Both the position numbers and the translations under genes were made by a program. The notes under the pieces were generated by a model. That model saw only the letters and a program-made list of their open reading frames with translations. It was not told the origin of the DNA and ran no database searches. This document shows positions 9,340-17,375 of a stretch of DNA of 17,375 nt, piece after piece. The stretch is from Ginkgo biloba (lineage: Eukaryota; Plantae; Ginkgophyta): contig JANKJI020000004.1 in assembly GCA_024626585.2 (NCBI GenBank), forward strand, positions 129,079,080 to 129,096,454, read 5' to 3'. Numbering within the stretch: position 1 is the first letter of the stretch; the number at the start of each line of letters is the position of its first letter.

Positions 9340-10393
9340 ATTGTTAAAGCTCTAAGCATAGGATAAAAGAATGCCCTCTTATGGACAAAAGCAAGTAGCA
9401 GGCCTTAGCTCCTACTCTAGTGAGTGAATCGTCTAAGGTCAAAAGCAAAAGTGGGTCCAAATACCCCTTTGACTCCTTGGTGTAAGATGGATGGCAAATT
9501 ATGAAATTCAAAGTTAAAGCTTCCACTAGCAGAGCTAGTGTACCTACAAGTCAACCTGCACAGAATAATGTGCTAGAAAGAAATGTGCCTCCCAAGGAAC
9601 AATGATCCAAGCCTCAAGTGGCCCCTCACTTTGGAGCACTTGCCAAGAATGCTTCTATTGGGGAGAAGTACATCCCAAAATCCCAGGGTGAAAATAGGGT
9701 TCGCCATCGCTCCCCTCCGCCACCACTGGAATCCCAAACAATGTTACTCTCACAACTAGTCAAAGGTGCCAGTGGAGGAAAAAGCTTGGATCAGTATTAT
9801 ACCATGTATAAGAAGATGAGAGACACTATAGAAGCTTCAAAAAACCCATATCAAGTGTTAGCCAACCTGGGGGAAGACAAGCAAGGAACCATGGATTGTG
9901 AATTTCCTTCAATATCTTAATGATTAAGTGCATTAGCTAGAGCGTGCGTGGGCTCTCTGATCCAAGTAGAAAAAGCTCAGTGAAGAGTTCAAGGTTTGAA
10001 CACAAGGATGCTTCAGTGCTTTGCTTACAAGAGTTAAGGTTGTAGGATTCAGACTTCGCACCACCCTCAATGCCATTTGGCCAAGGGGGATATGAGGAAT
10101 GCTAACAAAGCCACCCAGAGAGAGTTGAAGCAAGTTAGATGCCAATTGGAACACTCCCCTTTTGACACTAAACTCCAAACTAGAGCAACCAGGCTAGGAT
10201 ATGAGCTCAAAAGAACTAAATTCAGGAAAGCAAAGGGGGCCCAAATAAGAGCCAGATTGCATTAGCTTAAGTTTGGGGATAGACCCTCCAAGCAATTTTT
10301 TAAAGCTCTTAGGAAAAAGCAAACTACCAAGCAGATTCTAGCTCTCAAGATAGAGCAGGGAAGGATTACATCCCCAAAGATAATTGCAGTTGT
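9340..10393 (+). mobile_element. L1-type LINE remnant: ORF1 C-terminus and internally deleted ORF2 (EN N-terminus fused to EN-RT linker)
   Basis: ORF1 tail with DGWQIMK and KNPYQVLA motifs ends at TAA 9918-9920. ORF2 from ATG 9920 reads MIKCIS*SVRGLSDPSRKSSVK...VLCLQEL/KVVGFRLRTTLNAIWPRG, then jumps directly to AKGAQIRARLH*LKFGDRPSKQFFKALRKK. Ends at a 100-N gap; left boundary approximate. Confidence 0.88.
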
Positions 10394-10493
10394 NNNNNNN
10401 NNNNNNNNNNNNNNNNNNNNNNNNNNNNNNNNNNNNNNNNNNNNNNNNNNNNNNNNNNNNNNNNNNNNNNNNNNNNNNNNNNNNNNNNNNNNN

Positions 10494-11400
10494 TGGGTTA
10501 AGGTACAATTTTTTTTGACATATTGCCAACATTTCACTAATGTTGTTAAGGTGGATTTATAATGCACTGTATATATTGTCCAATCATTGAGAAACACTTA
10601 TGCTCTCTTTCATTGGTATCCTTAAGATTGTCTAGATCACATGCTAAAGTGTTATCATTACTTGATCAGACCTAATGGCATGACTTGACAAACATATGCT
10701 CCCTTCATTGTGGCAATTGTGGTTTTTAATCGATCTTCGAAAGCTATACTTTGTTAAATTTGCTAAATTTGTTGGTGAAGAAGTATACTTCATTTCCTAC
10801 AACTTTTTCCAATATGTCTTCGACGAAAGGTATAAGGAATAAATCCTCTTTTGCTAATTTGTTTAATGTCTGACAAGATTACCAAGATTTGTGGGTGTAG
10901 GTGTGGGTACTAGTGCTAGTGCATGTTCAGGTTAGGCATTTTGAAAATTTGGGTTCACGAGTGTGGGTTTGACAATTTTAATCCCATAATGTTAAAGTCT
11001 ATAACAATGGTTTTGATCGCAAACACAAATATAAGAACCCAAACTAGGTTCGCGCATCCGGTTCGAGAAGCCATCTCAAGAACTCACTTGGGTGGGTGCA
11101 TGAACTCGACTCCCTAATAATCCACTCATATATAGATCTTTCCTTTTATCTTCTTCACGATTACTATTTAGCTTAGCTTCCCACTTTTTTTGAAGTGATA
11201 GATGTAACCTGTTGTATGCAATTTGTTGATGTCAACTTTGACATGTTCTTTTACCCAAGGATTAATTTGGGATGGTTGTTGACAAACTAGTTTGGATCCT
11301 TCTAGCAACTCAATTTGATGAAAGCCCTCTTTATGAGTATACTTTTCAAATCTTAATATGACCACGCAAACATATTTCAATATTATAAGAAAATTATTGT
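10494..11400 (-). mobile_element. Degenerate Ty3/gypsy RT (non-chromovirus, Athila/Tat-group-like), interrupted at about 10877-11112
   Basis: HQIELLEGSKLVCQQPSQINPWVKEHVKVDINKLHTTGYIY...IVIVKKIKGKIYI*VDY, then the insertion, then QTLNKLAKEDLFLIPFVEDILEKVVGNEVYFFT...EDRLKTTIAT..GAYVCQVMPLGL...VFLNDWTIY. This matches DYRKLN..KDxFPxPF.D.ILE.VAG.E.YSF.DGFSGY...MPFGL...VFLDDWT.Y. Confidence 0.88.
10877..11112. mobile_element. About 235-bp non-coding insertion (hAT-like/MITE fragment) splitting the RT at the VDY|Q codons
   Basis: RT homology stops and resumes on either side with no loss. The insert is rich in GGGTG/GGGTT(C) and GAACC/GAACTC motifs and starts near CCAAGATTTGTGGGTG. Flanks TCTGACAA (10869-10876) and CCTAATAA (11113-11120) differ by three transitions. 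Confidence 0.6.
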
Positions 11401-11412
11401 GGCTTGGGTTGT

Positions 11413-11907
11413 TGTAGCAACATGTATGGACCCAAATTGGTAATTACTAATGATTACAGATACTAACAACATACCAAGATGATTCACACATGTAATTCGA
11501 TGCAAAATTGATATAGTCTTCAAAAATCTCAATTTAGATGTTGCTAATACTTGCTAGTCAAAAGAGAGATCAAATAAGATTCAATATTAGAATAGAATTC
11601 TAGTTTTGAAGAACGAGTTTTGCTTCCTAAGCATGCTTCTTCTTAGTAGAAAACAAGTAGAAATTGTTGAATTAGATTGATGAGAAAAGGGGGAGAATTG
11701 GCCCTATTTATAGGCTAAGCCTATAAATAGAGTTAATCCTAACCTTAGGGATATTGGCACCATTCTATCTCAATTTACTCCTTGAAAAGAGGCACCTCAG
11801 CTGGGGGACCCTCTTGGATTTACTCTTCACAAGTTTATCACTCTAAGCACATCACCATGGGGTTTCATCATCATGTACAATATTAGTGATCTAGCCCCAT
11901 CATTTAG
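11413..11907 (-). mobile_element. Probable LTR (minus orientation) truncating the upstream part of the gypsy pol
   Basis: Begins TGTAGCAAC (minus end GTTGCTACA). Contains a minus-strand CCTATAAATAGGGC TATA box followed by a pyrimidine-rich tract (plus GAGAAAAGGGGGAGAA), typical of plant LTR U3/R. Runs into a 275-N gap. Confidence 0.55.
11704..11730. promoter_or_regulatory. Perfect palindrome carrying two divergent TATA boxes
   Basis: CTATTTATAGGCT-A-AGCCTATAAATAG: 13-bp perfect arms with a 1-nt spacer, giving CTATAAATAG on each strand. The palindrome is seen directly; promoter activity is inferred. Confidence 0.6.
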
Positions 11908-12182
11908 NNNNNNNNNNNNNNNNNNNNNNNNNNNNNNNNNNNNNNNNNNNNNNNNNNNNNNNNNNNNNNNNNNNNNNNNNNNNNNNNNNNNNNNNNNNNN
12001 NNNNNNNNNNNNNNNNNNNNNNNNNNNNNNNNNNNNNNNNNNNNNNNNNNNNNNNNNNNNNNNNNNNNNNNNNNNNNNNNNNNNNNNNNNNNNNNNNNNN
12101 NNNNNNNNNNNNNNNNNNNNNNNNNNNNNNNNNNNNNNNNNNNNNNNNNNNNNNNNNNNNNNNNNNNNNNNNNNNNNNNNNN

Positions 12183-12393
12183 GTCCTTTCTTTATGACTT
12201 TATAGACTTGTTATAAAACCCATAGAAATCTCTTCCCATTTTCTATTTGTAATGTTTAATGGCTGTAATGTACCTAGGGATGTGGCATTTTCTAATCTTT
12301 GTCTTTGATATGCATTGCATTGTGCAATGAATTTTGTGATAGTGTTATAGCCCAACAAAGCCAAGCGAGTCTTATCTTGAAAATAGTGAAAGA
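12183..12393 (-). mobile_element. Ty3/gypsy (chromovirus-type) integrase fragment: end of Zn-binding domain and start of core
   Basis: ITKFIAQCNAYQRQRLENATSLGTLQPLNITNRKWEEISMGFITSL (cf. I.KFI..C..CQR.K.E....PGLLQPL.IP..KWE.ISMDFITGLP). Bounded by N-runs. Confidence 0.85.
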
Positions 12394-12993
12394 NNNNNNN
12401 NNNNNNNNNNNNNNNNNNNNNNNNNNNNNNNNNNNNNNNNNNNNNNNNNNNNNNNNNNNNNNNNNNNGTAACATATGCCAAAATGGAAAAACAAGACAAC
12501 TTAGGTAAAGTAAAAAAAAAAAAAAAACATACATAAATACGTAGTGTAGTGAGTATTCATACAAAATAGATATTTATTTTTGTTAATTTATCAAGATAGA
12601 AATAGTTGACATTAATTTATGGTCATAGGAAATAGAATGGATTAAATTATAGCTTTCAATAATTGACCAGGGTCTACTTGTAATCAGGATTGCAACTACC
12701 TAGTATTGGCAATGGGGATCACCTATATTGGCTTACAAATATAGGCAACCAAACCTCTGGTGAAGAACATGCCAACTGTTNNNNNNNNNNACTAGACTCC
12801 ACACTACAATACTAAACTTAGTAAGGTTGCCAAGCATAGGTTTGTGTCAATCCATCTTTGGTACAAGGATAACCTCGGAAAGCTAGGGTAACCACTCCTC
12901 CTTGCAATTTATTTATTTATATTCATTTATGGTATCATAAATCTCCTATGACTACGATAACATACCCTAGACCAGAAATATATCAGGTTACCA

Positions 12994-13128
12994 CTATGCT
13001 TACAACAAAAGTCCGTAGGCCTCATGCTTGTGACAACAAACTATTTCCCTATAGTTGTACCAACAAAATTTAGCTTACAATTGCACCAACAAACTATAGC
13101 CCTACGAATGCATCAATAAACCGTAGAA
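12994..13128. repeat. Degenerate tandem array, five units of 26-28 bp
   Basis: Units start at 12994, 13021, 13049, 13075 and 13102, e.g. CTATAGTTGTACCAACAAAATTTAGC, TTACAATTGCACCAACAAACTATAGCC, CTACGAATGCATCAATAAACCGTAGAA. Confidence 0.7.
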
Positions 13129-13287
13129 AACTAGTAAAAGGATCAACATGAGAAACAACTCAACCCCATAAGCGGAGGCCAAACCTCTATTGCTAGTAAA
13201 GCCCCAAAATATGCATGTTAGGGAAAAAATAAAGAATCATAGAGAGGAACCCTTTGTCAGGGACACCAATCCCCCAATAGGTCATAG

Positions 13288-13656
13288 TGATATTGGCAAG
13301 ATGAGAAGATAGATATTCTTCTAACCGTAAAATGAAGGAAAGACATGACTTGCTTAAAGATTTTCAAAGAATGTAGAAAAATCTATTCGACTCCAACTTG
13401 TTTGTGCAAGGAGTAGGGTGGCCTTTAAATCGAAAATGGCTCATGTCAAGATTGTTACCTAGCTTCTAGGAATTGATCCTATCTTCTCTAACTGCTCCTT
13501 CATGTAAGGAGATGCTCTTATCTCTAATTAACAATTTACTTAAGTGCAATTTAAAATACGATTGATCACTAGCTCATGATGATCACTTAGGACTTTATTC
13601 ATAATACATTAAAAAAATACCTAGTAACTAATACCTAAGGACTATGGTGGTTATCA
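13288..13656 (-). repeat. 3' LTR (369 bp)
   Basis: Aligns end to end with 16152-16520, roughly 85% identical by hand count over the first ~215 bp. TG...CA termini. Confidence 0.92.
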
Positions 13657-14102
13657 ATTCTTTTGATTGGAAGGCTTGGATTGATATGGACCATTCTTTT
13701 GATTGGAAGGCTTGGATTGGATACATAGTGAACATCTATGCAGATAGTCTCCCACATGTTTAAAACATGGCTAGTAAAAACATCTTTACGGATGTTGAAA
13801 AGTTTTCAACACCACAAAATGTCCTCCATAGCTAGAATAATGAGCTTCCTATTTGTTCACGAGCGTTTTCTCTTGGTATACAAAGCTTGTTCACTTTATA
13901 CAACATCCCATCTTTGATGTGATAATCAAGGAAAGGTTCTTGGTTAACTTGAGTAGGATGTTTGGTAGTTGAAATGATTGGCCCAAAATCAGGATCTGAT
14001 TCATAAGCATCCTTCCAACCTCCATAGTTGGTGCATAACTATTCATGAGCAGTGTCGCTTGGTACACAAAGCTTGTTCATTTTATACAATATCCCATCGT
14101 TG
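13657..14102 (-). pseudogene. RH-INT linker and integrase Zn-binding (HHCC) domain remnant of the LTR element
   Basis: WKDAYESDPDFGPI...DYHIKDGMLYKVNKLCIP...EAHYSSYGGHFVVLKTF...FY*P...VGDYLHRCSLCIQSKPSNQK. Confidence 0.85.
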
Positions 14103-14202
14103 NNNNNNNNNNNNNNNNNNNNNNNNNNNNNNNNNNNNNNNNNNNNNNNNNNNNNNNNNNNNNNNNNNNNNNNNNNNNNNNNNNNNNNNNNNNNNNNNNN
14201 NN

Positions 14203-15389
14203 CATTCAAAGTTATAAGGACTTGGGTGTGGTTGTGTAGGGAGCTTGAGTGGTCCTACTAGATTTTGAGAGACTAAGTTTTTCATGCTGTCATTATCAAT
14301 AATATCTTGGACCACAAGTTCTTTAACTAAGCAATTTTGTGTAAATAAATCCTCTTTATCTAATGAATTGTATTTCCTACCTAGGAGTACCTTGCTTATT
14401 AACTATTACCATTGGTTGGTTAGTTTGTGCTAGTTCTTCTTTTTGCTTAGTTACAAGTGTATGAACCTTGGCTCCTTTTTGTTTTAGGTATTCTTCATCT
14501 AAATGCCGATAAACTTTGTGATAGTTATAATATTTTGAAGACCTTTTACCTTTAGGCTTGGGTTTTACATTGGATGAAGAAGAATTTGAAGAAGAACTAG
14601 AGAATGAGGAGGATTTAGAATATTTAAAAGGTTGAGATCCCCTTGAATATTGTTGTGATTTACTCGATCCTCTTTGTTGCATTTTTCCATCAATCTTCAA
14701 GGCAAATTGAAAAGCTTGCTCGAGAGAAGTTATTATTAGCAAATCCATTGCTCGCTACAGGTGGGGAAAATGCCCACCCAGAAACTTTAACTGAAGAATG
14801 TTATCAGGATATATGACTTCAACCATGATGGACATCTTGTTGAATATGTCTATATGTTGTTGCACTATTTGTCCTAAGATTTGGCAAATATAAAAATAAT
14901 TTATTTATGAGATCTTCGCAATACCCAAGGGGGTAGAGCCTCTCTCAGATCACGATCTTGAATTTGTCCCATTGTTGGACAACTGGTATCTTATTGGCAG
15001 TGAGGTGGCATACATGAGCTTGCCACCAAGTGACAGGTTGGTCTCCCATATGGACTTCTACTACCATGATTTTTTGGTCGTATGTGAGTTGCTGACATTA
15101 GAAATAAGCTTCTAGGCTATGCAACCAAGCATCTAATTTTTCAACACTTAAAGACCCATCGAAATGCAAAATACTTATCTTTTTATCCAACTTAAAAGTG
15201 GGTTGTTGCAAAGGGATTGTTGTAGCGACCCCTTGCCGTTGTCCTAACATCTGTTTGAATGTGGTCATGTTGGCCATAAGATTATGCTAAAATTACTNNN
15301 NNNNNNNNNNNNNNNNNNNNNNNNNTTGTCATTTTTGGTTCCGTAGTCATCTCTTCTTCAGAATTTTCGAAATGCCTCATATGTGCCAT
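14203..15389 (-). pseudogene. gag and aspartic protease N-terminus remnant of the LTR element
   Basis: FKLDKKISILHFDGSLSVEKLDAWLHSLEAYF*...VTWWQ...WDKFKIVI*ERLYPLGY...KFLGG...TSLEQAFQFALKID (gag). EDLFTQNCLVK..VQDIIDNDSMKNLVSQNLVGPLKLPTQPHPSPY (protease, with DSG decayed to DND and the CRM-like HPxPY motif). Candidate ATG at 15389. Confidence 0.88.
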
Positions 15390-16135
15390 CGTTAATGTAC
15401 CACTTGCTGGTGGACAAGGAAGAACTTCTTAAAATTTTGGCGTTTAGCTAAAAATGACTTTAGACAATAAAATGATTCCTTTTTAAATCCATAAAAATAG
15501 AATAAAATATGGTCATATGAGAAACCATGAGCCTAAAGTCACCTTTTAAAAAAAAGCACCTTTTTTCCAAAAAATAAAAAATAAAATTCCATTTTCAATA
15601 ATTTCAAAACCTAAAGTTAAATATCTAGGTTAAATAAATAAAAAAGATGAAGATTGTGATGCCCTGTGTAGTTGCGCATGACCACATGATGTCAGGAGCT
15701 TCGTGGCGTTATTCTGAAGTGGCAGATCGATTCGTNNNNNNNNNNNNNNNNNNNNNNNNNNNNNNNNNNNNNNNNNNNNNNNNNNNNNNNNNNNNNNNNN
15801 NNNNNNNNNNNNNNNNNNNNNNNNNNNNNNNNNNNNNNNNNAGAAAAACCTTGAAAAAAATGGCAAATCCCACTGTCGACCATTGCAAGCCACAATGAGC
15901 TTAGATTCCAAAAATGAAACCTTGCATCCCTGAAAAACGACACCGATGAAGGTGCTTGTTGTTGTAGCATGCGGATTAGAAATAGAGCTTGCTACATAAT
16001 ATATTGCATGAAAAAATGGTAGAAGCTAGATGATGACCACCTTTCTAGATTGTTCCTCCAAAGAGAATATCATGTGAAGCAATTATTGGAACAAAATACA
16101 AGAAGATCAAAAAGTAAAGTCCACAGACCTTTGAG

Positions 16136-16147
16136 GCTCTAATATTG
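16136..16147 (-). promoter_or_regulatory. Decayed primer-binding site (tRNA-iMet type)
   Basis: Minus CAATATTAGAGC versus canonical TGGTATCAGAGC: 8/12 identical, all four differences transitions, 4 nt inside the 5' LTR end. Confidence 0.65.
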
Positions 16148-16151
16148 AAAC

Positions 16152-16520
16152 TGATATGAGCAAGATGAGAAGATAAAAATTCTTCTAACTGTACAATGAA
16201 GAAAAGACAAGACTTGCTCAGAGATTTAGAGAGACTGTAGGAAATCTATTCAACTCCAACCTTTTTGTACAAGGAGTAGGGTGGCCTTTAATAGAAAATG
16301 CCTCACCTAAAGATTGTTACCTAGCTTCTAGGAACTAATTCCTATCTTCTCTAATTGCTCCTTCCTANNNNNNNNNNNNNNNNNNNNNACCCACTTAAGT
16401 GAAATTTAAATATACTTAAAATACAAGTTCACTAACTCATGATCAACACTTAGGACTTTATTCTTAAATACATTAAAAAAACACCTAGTAACTAATACCT
16501 AAGGAGTATGGTGCTCATCA
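16152..16520 (-). repeat. 5' LTR (369 bp, includes 21 N)
   Basis: Partner of 13288-13656; flanked by the PBS on the inner side and the TSD CATAG on the outer side. Confidence 0.92.
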
Positions 16521-16525
16521 CATAG

Positions 16526-17375
16526 GCTAAATCCGTAACTACCTTAGACAAAGTCATTAGGGATTATGCAATAAAAATAGGGCAGATTTTAGAAATTACA
16601 TACAAAATAGCATATTGCATAAATTCATCCACAAATGACCATAATTAATCATTGATATAGCAAAAATTATAATTGTGTAAAACTATAGAATTTTACATTA
16701 ATTTATGCATGATGGAAAATACTTCAAAATTAGGGCTTGTAAAATACTTATAGAATTAATGACTCATCTAGATAGAAAGCCCCAACTGAAGATACTGATT
16801 ACCTCTGTGGAGTAAAATGACTCCTCTCTACAACCCCAAATGAAGTGCTCTACTCATAATGTCTAGAAATGTAGACAATGCAAGGAAATTTTAGCGTCCT
16901 TCTTCAGAAAAGCCTGCATCGCTCTTCCAGAGCTCCTACCACCTTGGACAATAGCAACTATCTATCAAAAATGCTCCAAATGAAGGTGCCCAAGCCTAAA
17001 GAATAGATTTGAGCACTTAGCTGTGCAAAAAGCCTCTAGAACTACGCTATAAATTGAAGACACCCGACTCCAACAACATGCAAAAAACCAACATAGAAGC
17101 CCAATGACTTCTATGATTAGCCAAAATCACAACAAAATAGTAGAGTCCAAGAGAAAGGGATGATGCACATTGCTTAGAGAAGAATAATGGTGATGAAAGA
17201 GCTACCAAAGCCCATAACAACCCTCTTATGTATAAGAGAATTGGGCACATCCTTCCCCATAAGGCCTAATCCTATAGTTGTTCCATGTTCCACGCAACCT
17301 TCTGTGCCTATGATGAAATTTTACGCCTATGATGAACTTTGATGTTAGGCTAGTAGGGAACATTTTCGAAACATA
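16526..17375. other. Non-coding host sequence of the LTR insertion, possibly part of an older long LTR/UTR continuing 12468-13287
   Basis: The TSD shows 13287 and 16526 were contiguous. No recognisable protein motif. Short palindrome CTCTTAT-GT-ATAAGAG (17223-17238) and duplicated GCCTATGATGAA (17307, 17326). Identity unresolved. Confidence 0.3.

Larger units (their letters stand above)
13288..16520 (-). mobile_element. Ty3/gypsy LTR retrotransposon (CRM-like), both LTRs present, defective, 5-bp TSD CATAG
   Basis: Direct repeats at 13288-13656 and 16152-16520, both TGAT...ATCA. CATAG at 13283-13287 and 16521-16525. Internal PBS-like site, gag, protease and integrase Zn domain lie in gypsy order on the minus strand. 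Confidence 0.92.

Noticed and set aside
12512-12527. A16 run as a retroposon poly(A) tail
   Set aside because: No recognisable SINE/LINE body or TSD; the upstream sequence is lost in Ns.
12994-13128. CRISPR-like array
   Set aside because: Head-to-tail degenerate units with no unique spacers, no cas genes, and a eukaryotic context.
15963-15996. TGTAGCA...TGCTACA as an LTR terminus pair
   Set aside because: Only a short inverted repeat within the 5' UTR; the true LTR edge is defined at 16152 by alignment, PBS and TSD.
13288-16520. TR-GAG-like non-autonomous element lacking RT/RNase H
   Set aside because: RT/RH would fall exactly in the unsized 100-N gap (14103-14202) and integrase remnants are present, so their absence cannot be claimed.

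Overview
AT-rich eukaryotic DNA, almost certainly from a land plant (plant-type polygalacturonase exon, plant Ty3/gypsy and L1 remnants), in a fragmented assembly. There are 15 N-runs, five of exactly 100 N that are probably unsized gaps. The window is a nested transposon graveyard: at least five Ty3/gypsy remnants, two clear and one or two tentative L1-type LINE remnants, two pieces of a putative hAT-like non-autonomous element, and several LTR fragments. The best-defined unit is a minus-strand CRM-like LTR retroelement at 13288-16520, with two 369-bp LTRs, a perfect CATAG target-site duplication, a decayed PBS and gag-PR-INT(Zn) remnants. The only host-gene sequence is one stop-free GH28 polygalacturonase exon (about 1461-1790, minus). 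It is wedged between a gypsy gag and a 5'-truncated gypsy RT of the same orientation, which makes it a possible captured gene fragment. Other oddities are a coiled-coil + G-patch ORF joined to a LINE just before its RT, a perfect palindrome of two divergent TATA boxes in an LTR, and a TAATG stop/start overlap in a LINE. I found no rRNA, tRNA or CRISPR, and no strong evidence for an intact novel system. All family calls come from manual translation and motif recognition, not from database searches.
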